Shown piece after piece: positions 1 through 10,161 of a stretch of DNA of 64,000 nucleotides. This stretch comes from a virus (taxonomy: Duplodnaviria; Heunggongvirae; Uroviricota; Caudoviricetes). Each line of letters starts with the position of its first letter. Within the stretch, counting starts at the first letter, position 1. Location of the stretch: IMG/VR virus record IMGVR_UViG_3300022924_000017, positions 22,054-86,053 of that record; one strand, given 5' to 3'. The notes under the pieces were generated by a model, which worked only from the letters and a program-made list of their open reading frames with translations, was not told where the DNA came from and did not search any database. A program made the translations under genes and the position numbers.

Positions 1-124
1 TTCATTTGTACAATGGCTAGAAATCGAAGGGTATGGCGCATTCGGTAATAATATCTTTATCAACCGAATACCGCTCAAAGCCCGAGCAGATAGCTACGTC
101 GTCACGACCAACGGTGGTCAGATA

Positions 125-406
125 GTGCGAAGACTCATCACTGGAGAAGTGGTGAAGCAGTACCTAATACAGGTACAATACCGTAACACATCGAACAAAG
201 ACGTTGATAGAAACCTATTCAACCTCGAAGAACGATTGAACGCTAAAGATTGCTTCTACCTCGAAGGTTTTGATGTCGATTACGTGTCAACTGCACAGTT
301 TGCTTCAAGTCAAGATATTGATACAGAAGAACTACAAACTGGCTTGCTCACTGTAAATGTTCAATTATACAGAGCGCCTAATAGCGCGCCAAATATAGAA
401 AGTTAA
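125..406 (+). CDS. hypothetical tail-module protein (upstream of tail tube)
   Basis: 93-aa ORF, same strand and tightly packed with the tail tube gene; no recognisable motif. Confidence 0.35.
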   Translation: MRRLITGEVVKQYLIQVQYRNTSNKDVDRNLFNLEERLNAKDCFYLEGFDVDYVSTAQFASSQDIDTEELQTGLLTVNVQLYRAPNSAPNIES

Positions 407-423
407 TAAGGAAACACAAAAAT

Positions 424-924
424 ATGTTTAAAGGTCCTTTCACTGTACGATTTGGTGCGACAACCATTACCGACGTTATGGATTACAGCCCATCTTTTGA
501 CGTGACATCTAACGATTACACAACAATTGACGGTCGTACATCAACCATTACTACAGGTATTAAAGCATCTGTAGAGCTTCAACTACGTGGGCTAACCCCT
601 TCAGCAGTTGCAGCCGTACTTCCACAATACTTCAAAGCCAACGGTGAGATTCTCTCAACAGGTCAAGAAGTTACTAACGCTGATGGTGCTATCGACATCG
701 TTCCTGCTGCATGTTCTGAAGAAGACATCGCGAACGACCTCGACATCCTTGACTGTACTGGTAACCTCGCAGTTCGAATCAACAGCGCAGTGGCAACACT
801 AAGCTCAATCGACATGCAAGACGGTGCATTGCTTACAATTACTGTAGCATTCACAGGTCAACCTGGCCAAGGCGAAGCAGTTGCACAGATTCTTGGTGGT
901 GGCGACACTACCGTCGACAGCTAA
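424..924 (+). CDS. putative major tail (tube) protein
   Basis: 166-aa ORF just upstream of the chaperone pair and TMP (canonical siphovirus order); Thr/Ser-rich beta-type composition; nested antisense ORFs ignored. Confidence 0.5.
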   Translation: MFKGPFTVRFGATTITDVMDYSPSFDVTSNDYTTIDGRTSTITTGIKASVELQLRGLTPSAVAAVLPQYFKANGEILSTGQEVTNADGAIDIVPAACSEEDIANDLDILDCTGNLAVRINSAVATLSSIDMQDGALLTITVAFTGQPGQGEAVAQILGGGDTTVDS

Positions 925-1046
925 TCTTAGTTATCGACAATCGAACACTCACCCTCGATGGCATTGCGCTATCGGGGGTGCTGTTTTTATCAAATCTATA
1001 TAATTAGAGGTGAAATACAAATAAGTCCAAAGGAGACTAACACAAG

Positions 1047-1355
1047 ATGTCACAGTACAATCTATCAGACAATATCAGCAAATCGTTCGCATTCGAGATC
1101 GACGGTAAAGTATACGATTTTCGACGACCATTGGTGTCTGAATTGAAAGCTAACCAAGCTATCCAAAAAGAACTAGAAGGCGCAAGCACAGACGAAGAAA
1201 AACAAGCAGTCTCAGAGAAGATGCAACAATTCGTGTACAGCCTTATCAGCCCAGTAGACCACAAGACATCAATTGAAGAAGCACTCGACGCTTCACCAAT
1301 CAATGTTCTACAAGCCTTTAACAAAATGACTGAAAAAGAACTTTCAGCACAATAA
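1047..1355 (+). CDS. putative tail assembly chaperone (gpG-like)
   Basis: 102-aa acidic ORF directly upstream of the TMP; position typical of lambda G. Confidence 0.5.
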   Translation: MSQYNLSDNISKSFAFEIDGKVYDFRRPLVSELKANQAIQKELEGASTDEEKQAVSEKMQQFVYSLISPVDHKTSIEEALDASPINVLQAFNKMTEKELSAQ

Positions 1356-1358
1356 AAA

Positions 1359-1676
1359 ATGGCTACCGCACCTAAAGCACCTGTATCAATCAGTGCCAAC
1401 GGTGGTTCAGTCAAAAACAAAAACCCCCAAAGCGATGATGATAGTAACAGTAACCGACGAACTTATGCGCTGGTCTGTTACTATTATCCGCAATATAAGC
1501 TCGAGGACGTTGAACAGATGCCTGCTCGAGATGTCAACTTGCTAATCAAGACAGCTCATCAGCAGAAAGCAGTCGAGTACATCAACCACGTACAGATTGC
1601 CGCAGCACCTCACTCTAAAAAGGGTGAATCAATCAAGAAACTAATCGACGAATACAAAAAACTGATCGAAATATGA
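1359..1676 (+). CDS. putative tail assembly chaperone second component (T-like)
   Basis: 105-aa ORF in the same frame as the previous ORF, separated by one TAA; its 3' end overlaps the TMP start by 4 nt. Confidence 0.4.
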   Translation: MATAPKAPVSISANGGSVKNKNPQSDDDSNSNRRTYALVCYYYPQYKLEDVEQMPARDVNLLIKTAHQQKAVEYINHVQIAAAPHSKKGESIKKLIDEYKKLIEI

Positions 1677-4600
1677 ACGACCGAGAAATCAAATATCTTC
1701 TAACTGGTGACGCGAGCAAGCTCAAGTCTGAATTGGCATCTGTACAAAAGCAAGCAGAGCAAACTGGTAAGAGTGTCGACCGCGCATTAACGAACGCTTT
1801 TAAGGGCTCTGCTGATGCACTCACTGCGACGTTCGCTAAGAACCTCGAAGCAATCAACAAAGGCCTTAACAACGTTCAAAAGGGCACTCAAAACGCCTTC
1901 AACGTGCAGAACGTCGCTGCCTACGCGAAACAACAATCGCAACTAGCAAACGAACTGCAAAAGATGGATCAGCAATACAAAACGCTGAACCGAACCGCTG
2001 ACACTTACCGACAAACTCTTATGCGAACTGGTGCAGATGCCGCTACTGCTGGCGCAATCACTGCAACCTGGGCTGACACTCAACGTGCCGCTCTTGAAAA
2101 AGCTGGTCGCTCAATGGGTACAGACCTCGGGCAACAATTCGGTGGGCTTGCAAGCGTTGCACCTACCCTTGCGGCTGGTATCAAGCAAATCGACGAAGCG
2201 TCAACAGAATCAGAGAAGTCTACTTCTCGTCTGAGCGCGGCACTCGATGGTACAAAGTCAGCACTAGACAAGATTCACAAGCAAGACTTCTCGCAACAAA
2301 GCAAGAGCGTTCTTGACTTCGGTAACAGCGTACGCAAGTCAACTGGCGACATTAGCCGTATGGGTCTTGGTATCGCAGCTGCAGTCGCGGCTTTCTCAAC
2401 AATCCCTATCCTGAAAACTGTTTCACTTATCGAGTCTGCGCAACTCGGTCTTGAAAGCCTGCTAAAGAGTACTGAAGCAGCTGGTGAAGCAATCTACAAC
2501 CTCTTCACATACGCAAACGCAACACCATACGACACCTCTAGTCTTATCGCATACGAACAAAAGCTCGTATCAGTAGGTCTTAGCGGTCAACAAGCGTTCG
2601 GTGTTATTCAACGTGTCTCAGACATTGGTGGTGCATTTGGTGCTTCATCTGACCAACTAGACCGTTTCTACTACGTGCTCTCTCAAATCTTCGGTGCTGG
2701 TAAAGCTACTGGTACTGACTTCTTGCAGATTCAAAACTCACTCCCTGGGTTCATCTCAGCAATCGGTGAAGCAATGGGCAAGAGCGCAGGTGAAGTTCGT
2801 GGCGCATTCGGTGATGGTTCAGTAACATCTGAAGTTATCGTCAAAGCATTGAACAACCTGACTAAAGCAGGTGGTACCGCCTTCGAAGGTGCGATTAAGC
2901 AGTCTTCTACATTCGCTGGTATTATGAACAACTTGCAAGACAACTTGAAGCGTGTCGGTATGGCGTTCTTCGGTGTTACCGTTACCCAAAAGGGTATGAT
3001 CGCGGCAACAGAAGGTCTATACGCTCGACTTAAAGTACTACTTACGAGCATTCTTTCATTCGTAGAAAACCCTATCACCGTTAAGGTGTTTGAAGCTATC
3101 GGTACCGCAGTTGGTAACCTGCTGACACTTCTAAACCAATACCCACAAGTTATCGCTATTATGAGCGGTTTGTTCTTGGCATTCGCTTCAGACCTTATCT
3201 CACGTATTCCGTTCATTGGTAACTTGATTGGTGAAATTGGTTACGGCACTGGTCTTATTGTCGGTCTCTTCGCAGCGTTGGTCGCTTCATCTAAAGAAGT
3301 ACAACAAGCACTTGCGGTTATGTTCGGTCTTGTCGTTCAGTTCGTTCAACAAAACAAGAGCCTATTCATCGACCTTCTCGCTAACTTCCAGACGTTGCTA
3401 CAGGTGCTCGGTCAAGGTATCGCACCTGCACTCATCATAGCTACACAGCTATTCTTGAACCTCGCACGAGCAATCCTATTCACAATCAACTTCCTTATCC
3501 AGATGGCGACTTCAATCGCTAACTTCTTGGGCCCTAACCTGACGCAAGCTATCACGCTCACAGCAATCTTCATCGGTGTCGGTCTTGCGCTTACCCCAGT
3601 CGTTCTAGCGGCAGCTAAAGCGGTACAGGTATTCGCTCTCGCGCTCGCTTCTACAGCGGGTAGAATCGTTATCGTTATCGCTGGTATCGTTGCACTTATC
3701 GCAGTAATCAGCGGTCTATTCGGTCAAAAGGTTTCAACCTCACCAATCGCGGGTCTCTCAGACATCTTCGACAGTATCGCGGTTTCAACTGAAGATACTA
3801 CTGGTGGTATTAACGACGTGACTGGTGCCCTCGGTGGTGCTGGTGACGCAGCCAAGAAAGCTACTAAGCAACTTGCCGCATTCGACAAGATGAACGTCAT
3901 CAACAGCCCTACAGCAGCCGACGCTGGTGCGGGTGGCGGTGGTGGTGGTCTTGGTGACCTTGGTATCACACCTCCTAAACTCCCTGACTTCAACAAGCTC
4001 AAAGACCAACTAAGCTCAATGCTCAAGGGTCTTGAAGGTCTTACCCCTAAAGCGAACTGGTGGGACTTCTTAATTATCCCTGCAGCGGTCATCGCTGGTA
4101 TTCTTCAACTTATCAAGATGTTTGCACCTGCAACATGGGACAAGATTATTGCTGGTCTAGCAACATTCGGTTCTAAGTTCATCGGGTTCTTCAAAACTCT
4201 CCCTGGTCTCGCAATGACAGCACTCAGAAGCCTCCCTGGTATGATTGCTCAGCTATTCGCGACTATGGGCCCTAGAATCGCTGCCGCATTCAACGGTATC
4301 TTGCCTGCTATCGGTAGAGCATTCGTGACTATCGGTCCAATCATTCTGCGAGCACTGCCTGGTATCTTGCGAGCTGTGCTGACAATCGGTGCGAACGTCG
4401 CTAAACTATTTGGGCCAATCGGTCTTGCAATCGGTCTTGCGCTAACAGCAATCATCGCGCTTATCTTCAACTGGGAAGCTGTGTCTAAGTGGTTCACTGG
4501 TGTCTTCACAGGTATCGTGAACTTCTTCACTACGCTCGGTCAACAAATCGGTGACGTATTTATGCTCGCGCTTAACGGTGCATTCGGTCCTATCCCGCAA

Positions 4601-5554
4601 ATCTTCGCTTCAATCGTAGTCTTGATTGTCGCGGTTGTAGCAACTATCTTCAACACACTAATGGCAGTCCCTGCTTGGGTTATGACGAACGTTATCACCC
4701 CACTCGGTCAGTTCTTTGGTAACTTGTGGATGGGCATCTCAGACGCATTCATTCTTGCTTGGTCACTCATCACTCAAGTAATCAGTATCTTCGCAAACTG
4801 GGTATTCGTAAACGTAATCACGCCAGTCGCTAACTTCTTTGTTGGTCTATGGCAGGGTATCGTTACGGGTGTTACCAACGGGTTCAACTCAGTGATGGCA
4901 TTCTTAGCACCGTTCTTCAACTGGATTAAGACAAAGATTATCGACCCTGTCGCAGGTGCATTCTCAGGTCTATGGAACGGTATCGTAAGCGTAGCGAGCG
5001 GCATCTTCAGCCGAATCGTCAGCGTGATGTCACCAATCTTCAACTGGATCTACAACAACGTTATTGCACCTATCTCTAACGCGTTCAACCAATTGAGTGC
5101 CGCTATCGGTCAAGTATTCACCAACCTAAAGAACACTATTACAAACGTATTCAGCGGTGTGCTTGGTGTGATTAAGGGCGTCTTCAACGGTATCATTGAC
5201 GCAATTAACGGTGTCATCAAATCAATCAACAAGATCAAGGTGCCTGACAACATTCCAGGTATCGGTGGTCTTTCACCAAACTTCCCATCTATCCCACGAC
5301 TTGCTCGCGGTGGTGTGGTTGACCAAGCGACACTCGCTATGTTCGGTGAAGACGGACGTGAAGCCGTAATGCCACTCGAGAACAACACTGGTTGGATCGA
5401 CGAACTTGCTTCTAAGCTAAACGGTCAGTCAAAGGGCAGCGATGGTCCTACAGTCATCAACGTTTACCTAGACGGTAACAAAGTTGGTGGTGCAATCAGC
5501 AATTCAATTAACGACCGTACAATGGTGACAGGAGTAAACCAAATTTATGTCTAA
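1673..5554 (+). CDS. tail tape measure protein
   Basis: 1293 aa. N-terminal coiled-coil, central hydrophobic/TM-rich region, tandem NWI..VI.P....F.GLW.GI repeats, C-terminal ...LARGGVVDQATLAMFGEDGREAVMPLE motif typical of TMPs. Confidence 0.9.
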   Translation: MNDREIKYLLTGDASKLKSELASVQKQAEQTGKSVDRALTNAFKGSADALTATFAKNLEAINKGLNNVQKGTQNAFNVQNVAAYAKQQSQLANELQKMDQQYKTLNRTADTYRQTLMRTGADAATAGAITATWADTQRAALEKAGRSMGTDLGQQFGGLASVAPTLAAGIKQIDEASTESEKSTSRLSAALDGTKSALDKIHKQDFSQQSKSVLDFGNSVRKSTGDISRMGLGIAAAVAAFSTIPILKTVSLIESAQLGLESLLKSTEAAGEAIYNLFTYANATPYDTSSLIAYEQKLVSVGLSGQQAFGVIQRVSDIGGAFGASSDQLDRFYYVLSQIFGAGKATGTDFLQIQNSLPGFISAIGEAMGKSAGEVRGAFGDGSVTSEVIVKALNNLTKAGGTAFEGAIKQSSTFAGIMNNLQDNLKRVGMAFFGVTVTQKGMIAATEGLYARLKVLLTSILSFVENPITVKVFEAIGTAVGNLLTLLNQYPQVIAIMSGLFLAFASDLISRIPFIGNLIGEIGYGTGLIVGLFAALVASSKEVQQALAVMFGLVVQFVQQNKSLFIDLLANFQTLLQVLGQGIAPALIIATQLFLNLARAILFTINFLIQMATSIANFLGPNLTQAITLTAIFIGVGLALTPVVLAAAKAVQVFALALASTAGRIVIVIAGIVALIAVISGLFGQKVSTSPIAGLSDIFDSIAVSTEDTTGGINDVTGALGGAGDAAKKATKQLAAFDKMNVINSPTAADAGAGGGGGGLGDLGITPPKLPDFNKLKDQLSSMLKGLEGLTPKANWWDFLIIPAAVIAGILQLIKMFAPATWDKIIAGLATFGSKFIGFFKTLPGLAMTALRSLPGMIAQLFATMGPRIAAAFNGILPAIGRAFVTIGPIILRALPGILRAVLTIGANVAKLFGPIGLAIGLALTAIIALIFNWEAVSKWFTGVFTGIVNFFTTLGQQIGDVFMLALNGAFGPIPQIFASIVVLIVAVVATIFNTLMAVPAWVMTNVITPLGQFFGNLWMGISDAFILAWSLITQVISIFANWVFVNVITPVANFFVGLWQGIVTGVTNGFNSVMAFLAPFFNWIKTKIIDPVAGAFSGLWNGIVSVASGIFSRIVSVMSPIFNWIYNNVIAPISNAFNQLSAAIGQVFTNLKNTITNVFSGVLGVIKGVFNGIIDAINGVIKSINKIKVPDNIPGIGGLSPNFPSIPRLARGGVVDQATLAMFGEDGREAVMPLENNTGWIDELASKLNGQSKGSDGPTVINVYLDGNKVGGAISNSINDRTMVTGVNQIYV

Positions 5555-5927
5555 CATACCAGACCAACCAATCACCATTAACGGTGTAGTGGTAGGAACC
5601 GCAGAGATCAAAGCATGGCAGATTCAATACGCTAAGCTCTGGTCAGACGCATACCGAAATATGAGTGGTGACATTGTCGCTAACTTCATCGGTATCTTCC
5701 CTAACGTGAACGTGACTATCACAGTAACGACACTTGAACGAGCGCAACAACTGCTCAACGCGGTAAACGTACCGTACTTCAACGTGACGTTCTTCGACAA
5801 CGCAACCCGCACAATGAAGACTGCAAAGTTCTACGCAGCGGACGTAACCCTTGATGCAGTAACCATCTGTCGTCTCGAAGAGTTTCAGATTCAACTCGTA
5901 CCTGTTTCAAAAGCCGCTTGGATTTAA
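5547..5927 (+). CDS. putative distal tail/tail-tip assembly protein
   Basis: 126-aa ORF overlapping the TMP stop; positional inference only. Confidence 0.35.
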   Translation: MSNIPDQPITINGVVVGTAEIKAWQIQYAKLWSDAYRNMSGDIVANFIGIFPNVNVTITVTTLERAQQLLNAVNVPYFNVTFFDNATRTMKTAKFYAADVTLDAVTICRLEEFQIQLVPVSKAAWI

Positions 5928-5928
5928 A

Positions 5929-6297
5929 GTGGTCTGGGTAAAGGTTGGCTCTAAATGGGTGCAACGCAAAAAGCGTGACATCGGTATGCTCACCCCGTCT
6001 CAGATAAAAGCAAGACGAGCCGCATTCGAGCGCAAGAAACTTACAGCTGCTTTCAAAACATGGCGACGCAAGAAGCTAATCGAACAGAAACGTCTTTGCT
6101 ATCTCTGCAAGACACCTATGACGGGTATGTACTCAGTCGACCACATCAAGCCACTCGCAAGAGGTGGTACTTCCTCATACTCGAACCTCGCACTGGCCCA
6201 CATACGATGCAACCGTAGAAAAGGTATACTAATGCAACGAAATAAAGCCCCTGCCAGCTCAGGAGAACGCGCTGGACGCATTCCACGCTCGAAATAG
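5929..6297 (+). CDS. HNH endonuclease
   Basis: CYLCK...H-N-H region: SVDHIKPLARGG...NLALAHIRCNRRKG. Confidence 0.75.
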   Translation: MVWVKVGSKWVQRKKRDIGMLTPSQIKARRAAFERKKLTAAFKTWRRKKLIEQKRLCYLCKTPMTGMYSVDHIKPLARGGTSSYSNLALAHIRCNRRKGILMQRNKAPASSGERAGRIPRSK

Positions 6298-6331
6298 CAT
6301 AACTGGTCTTCCTGTATTATAATAAGTATAT

Positions 6332-7477
6332 ATGAGCGATAAATTCACTATCGTAGTCGCAGGACTACCACACACCCACCTGACCACAGAATACTCCAGC
6401 GACGCGTACCAATCTAAGGTGCGCAATTTTGCTATTATGATGGCTCGCATAGGCTATAAAGTCATTACTTTGGGTGGTGAAGAATGCGATATTATCGAAG
6501 ATGGGCACAAACACGTCCCGATTATCACGAAAAAAGAACAAGAAAAGTTCTTCGGTGACCCGCTCGCGTACAAAAAGACGATGTACAACCTGACGTGGGA
6601 GCCTTCTGATGCTCACTGGCAGCTTTACAACAAGCGAACCATCACTTTCTTGCAAGATTATATTCAAGAACACCCAGACGAAGACGTTCTGTTCGGTGTT
6701 TTAGCTGGTTACTGCCAGAAACAAGTGACTGACGCGCTACCTAATCTGATCGCCCCTGAACTATTTATCGGGTATACGGGTGTTTATTCACCATACAAGG
6801 TGTTTGAATCAATCACTCACCAACACTATGTGTACGGTGAACACCACGATGACGACGGAAAGTTCTACGATGCGGTGATTCCACCCTACCACCCTAAAGA
6901 ACAATTCCCATTCTCTACGAAGCGTGGTGACAAAAAAGGTAATTATCTTCTCTACATCGGTCGTTTGATTGACCGCAAGGGTTACAACATCGCTCAACAG
7001 GTCGCAGAAAAGCTCGAAAAGCGTCTTATTATCGCTGGTCAGCTTAACGAAGGGCAAGAGTTTACTGGTTATGGTGAGTACATCGGTACAATCGGTGTCA
7101 AAGAACGCGGACGCTTGATGAGTCGTGCTGACGCTGTGCTTATGCCTACAACTTACCTTGAGCCAGGCGGCAACGTCCACGTTGAATCTCTCTTATCTGG
7201 TACCCCTGTTATCACTACAAACTTCGGTATCTTTGCCCAAACTGTTCTGCAAGGTGTAGACGGTTACCGTTGCAATACATTCGGTGACTTCTTAGAAGCT
7301 GTACGTAGGGCTGAAAACTTTACAACCGCGCAACGTCGTGTTATTCGTAAACGCGCTCAAGAACGATTTGCTCTGGAGCCAGTCGCTTTACAGTTCGACG
7401 CTTACCTTTCTCGGCTTCACGATCTGAAGACAGATGGTTGGTACAACCCCTCTCACCACCTCGACCACCTAGCCTAG
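6332..7477 (+). CDS. glycosyltransferase, GT-B fold (family 1/4-like)
   Basis: 381 aa; YIGRLIDRKGYNIAQQVAEKL...LIIAG and E...G motifs resembling GT4 signatures. Confidence 0.55.
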   Translation: MSDKFTIVVAGLPHTHLTTEYSSDAYQSKVRNFAIMMARIGYKVITLGGEECDIIEDGHKHVPIITKKEQEKFFGDPLAYKKTMYNLTWEPSDAHWQLYNKRTITFLQDYIQEHPDEDVLFGVLAGYCQKQVTDALPNLIAPELFIGYTGVYSPYKVFESITHQHYVYGEHHDDDGKFYDAVIPPYHPKEQFPFSTKRGDKKGNYLLYIGRLIDRKGYNIAQQVAEKLEKRLIIAGQLNEGQEFTGYGEYIGTIGVKERGRLMSRADAVLMPTTYLEPGGNVHVESLLSGTPVITTNFGIFAQTVLQGVDGYRCNTFGDFLEAVRRAENFTTAQRRVIRKRAQERFALEPVALQFDAYLSRLHDLKTDGWYNPSHHLDHLA

Positions 7478-7582
7478 CTATATCCGACCTCCCGCTATAA
7501 TAATGAGTGAACAAACACAAACATAAGAGTGGCACCATTTTAGTAGGAAAAAGCGAGAACCAGCACTGCTGGGGTAAATTAA

Positions 7583-7792
7583 ATGACAAAAAGTAACACA
7601 GACCGTATCAGCGAGCTTGAGTTTAATCAAGACAAGATTATTATTCCACAGCTCACGGAAGTGAAGCAGTTTGTTGATGCTAATAAAAGTGGTATCACCC
7701 TCGCGTCACTATTAAACAATCGGATTATTACGGTGGTGCTGGCCGCGATAGTAGCTGCAGGAATATATTTCTTAGCAAAGGGAACATTATAA
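7583..7792 (+). CDS. small membrane protein
   Basis: 69 aa with a C-terminal TM helix. Confidence 0.4.
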   Translation: MTKSNTDRISELEFNQDKIIIPQLTEVKQFVDANKSGITLASLLNNRIITVVLAAIVAAGIYFLAKGTL

Positions 7793-8562
7793 TGAGACTA
7801 AAACTAATCGGCTGGTGGAACTGGATAACTCACCGACCACTTGTACTACTAAACATAGCGTTCGTAGCTGTGATCCTCGGTGGACTATTCTACCTATCAG
7901 TCAAGCCCATCGACGTGCTGACAGACTGGAAAATTGAGCTTACTGACGTAAAAATGTACGATGGTGATAAGCCTGTATACAATCCTGGTGACACTCTCGT
8001 CTTCCAGAGCGGTTCGGTAAAACATTATAACGCAACAGGTACGAGCATTCGTACAATCATCTGTGAAGCGACTAACGGTCGAGACGCACGAGAAATTCAG
8101 CTTGACTCTATCCCTGCAACACGGCCACAAGGTTCAAACCCACCTCGTGACAACGCGATTGTTATCCCTGACGTGACACAATTCGATGGTCTACCACGCG
8201 ATTGTTATCTCAACTTCGACGTATGTTACACCGACGTAATTCTATGGCGTGACAGCTGTGAGCGAAACCGAACAGTCACATTCACAGTACAAGAAGCGGT
8301 AGTGAAACCAGAAGACGTAAAGCGACAAATCGAAGACCTACAGAAGAAAATCGACCTGCTTGAATCTGGTACTGGTGTTGACACAACAACCTCTACCCCA
8401 GCCCCTGTTACAAATAACAATACATCTCGCACAACCACTCCCGCACCTGTAACAAACAACTCAACTACGAATAACACCACAAACAACACGACTACTCCCC
8501 CAGCTGAAGAAGACACTGGCGTAATCAGTAGCATTCTAAAGTTTGTAAACGGGTTATTTTAA
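7792..8562 (+). CDS. membrane-anchored protein with Thr/Asn-rich low-complexity C-terminus
   Basis: N-terminal TM segment; C-terminal TTTSTPAPVTNNNTSRTTTPAPVTNNSTTNNTTNNTTTPP repeat. Confidence 0.45.
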   Translation: MRLKLIGWWNWITHRPLVLLNIAFVAVILGGLFYLSVKPIDVLTDWKIELTDVKMYDGDKPVYNPGDTLVFQSGSVKHYNATGTSIRTIICEATNGRDAREIQLDSIPATRPQGSNPPRDNAIVIPDVTQFDGLPRDCYLNFDVCYTDVILWRDSCERNRTVTFTVQEAVVKPEDVKRQIEDLQKKIDLLESGTGVDTTTSTPAPVTNNNTSRTTTPAPVTNNSTTNNTTNNTTTPPAEEDTGVISSILKFVNGLF

Positions 8563-8578
8563 ATAAAAAGGACGTAAT

Positions 8579-8827
8579 ATGACATTGAACATTCCATATC
8601 AACTACGCGTTGCAATCTACATTCTCACAGCAGTGGGTACACCTGTAATTGCATACCTATTGTCAATCGGTATCATCGGTGACCTAGAAGTAACTCTCTG
8701 GTCAGCTGAAGTAGCGGTTGCGGGTGCACTAGCCGCATTCAACGTTAGCCCTGCTATTGACGCAGCTAACAAAGCAGCAACAGACATTGCAGTAGATGAA
8801 GCACAAAAGGCCGGAAAAGGTCTATAA
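8579..8827 (+). CDS. small membrane protein
   Basis: 82 aa, two hydrophobic helices. Confidence 0.4.
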   Translation: MTLNIPYQLRVAIYILTAVGTPVIAYLLSIGIIGDLEVTLWSAEVAVAGALAAFNVSPAIDAANKAATDIAVDEAQKAGKGL

Positions 8828-8849
8828 GAAAAGGAGACTATCAGTAAAA

Positions 8850-9017
8850 TGTTAGGACTATTAGTAAAAGCAGCATTAGTAGGACTCGTAGCGGGTCTAA
8901 TCGTAGCAGTCGTACTCTGGCTAATCCCAGGTGGCGGTCAGTTCGGTTGGGTCGCACCAGTCGTCGGTATCTTGGTAGGTGCACACACTTACTTCACAGG
9001 TAACAAGCAACTATAAT
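8850..9017 (+). CDS. small two-TM protein (holin-like topology)
   Basis: 55-aa ORF (below the ORF-track cutoff) with strong RBS AAGGAGA 8 nt upstream; two TM helices; followed by hairpins at 9020-9095. Confidence 0.4.
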
Positions 9018-9129
9018 GAATAGCGGGCGAAACCCCCGCTTCGATCATTCAATTCGAACAGCAGTCGTACAAAGCGTACGGCTGTTGTTTCATCTGAGCA
9101 CAAAATAAACATACAACAGGGGTACACCA

Positions 9130-10161
9130 ATGAGCGAGAAGCGACTATCAAAAGAATGGGAATCAGCGGCATTTAACCGCGAAACGAACGAATGGGATCA
9201 CACAACCCTGCAGTCGTATGAGTACATAGATGACCGTGAACCATTTTCACCAGCTGTCGCAGCCCGCATAACACCAAGTAGACGAAAAGGTGTAGACCGA
9301 CCGTTCACTTCAATCGTAGCAATGGGTGACAGCCAAATCGACTATCGAAGACTTGATAGCGGTGAGCTTTTACCTATCCACGATGAGCGAGCTATGAAAC
9401 TAGCTAGGTTTATCTGCAGAGATTTACAGCCAGACCATATCGTTAACCTTGGCGACTCAGTTGACTTCGCGGCTCTATCTCGATTCAACCCCGATTCAGA
9501 CCACTTCCACAGGACTTTAGGACCTTCGCTGCAACGAATCCACGACTTCTACGCTGGTCTTCGCTCAGATAACCCTCACGCTAAGATTACAGAGGTAGAC
9601 TCAAACCACAACGTGCGTCTGAAGAACTACACGCTGAAGAATATGCCACAGATGTACGGTGTTCGACAAGCTGGCTCTAGCGATGAATACCCAGTAATGA
9701 CATACCCTTACCTCGCGAACCTACAGCACGTGGGTGTTGATTGGGTAGGTGGTTACGGTGCAGCCGCATTCGAATACGCTGATGATTTCGCATTTATGCA
9801 CGGTACTATGTCTTCAGCTAGTGGTTCTACTGCACAAAAACTGTCTAAAGAAAATCCAGACCGAAACGTTATGCAAGGTCACGCTCACAGAGCTGAATCA
9901 TTCCACCGCACAGACCGACGAGGTAAAGTGCTTGGTGCATACGTTGCAGGTGCCCTCTGCCGCACCACTGGAGAGGTTCCAGGCTTTCACAGTGCAGTAG
10001 ATGACAACAATCTACCAGTACACTACCAAGAGAACTGGCAGCAAGGAATGACACACGTTCGCGACTACGGTGACGGGCAATATCAAGTAGACCATATTCT
10101 ATTCAGAGACGGAAAAGCGTATTATGATGGTAAGGAGTATGACGGGAATGATACGGTTTAA
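9130..10161 (+). CDS. calcineurin-like metallophosphoesterase
   Basis: GDSQID, NLGDSVD (GDxxD) and GHAH motifs. Confidence 0.55.
   Translation: MSEKRLSKEWESAAFNRETNEWDHTTLQSYEYIDDREPFSPAVAARITPSRRKGVDRPFTSIVAMGDSQIDYRRLDSGELLPIHDERAMKLARFICRDLQPDHIVNLGDSVDFAALSRFNPDSDHFHRTLGPSLQRIHDFYAGLRSDNPHAKITEVDSNHNVRLKNYTLKNMPQMYGVRQAGSSDEYPVMTYPYLANLQHVGVDWVGGYGAAAFEYADDFAFMHGTMSSASGSTAQKLSKENPDRNVMQGHAHRAESFHRTDRRGKVLGAYVAGALCRTTGEVPGFHSAVDDNNLPVHYQENWQQGMTHVRDYGDGQYQVDHILFRDGKAYYDGKEYDGNDTV

Noticed and set aside
2031-5388. Multiple 60-160-aa ORFs on both strands nested inside the TMP gene (for example 2731-3216 minus, 3724-4092 minus, 4774-5043 minus)
   Set aside because: They overlap a 1293-aa gene with a strong TMP signature. 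Their composition (Pro/Ala/Ser-rich from antisense GCN/GGN codons) is typical of frame artefacts.
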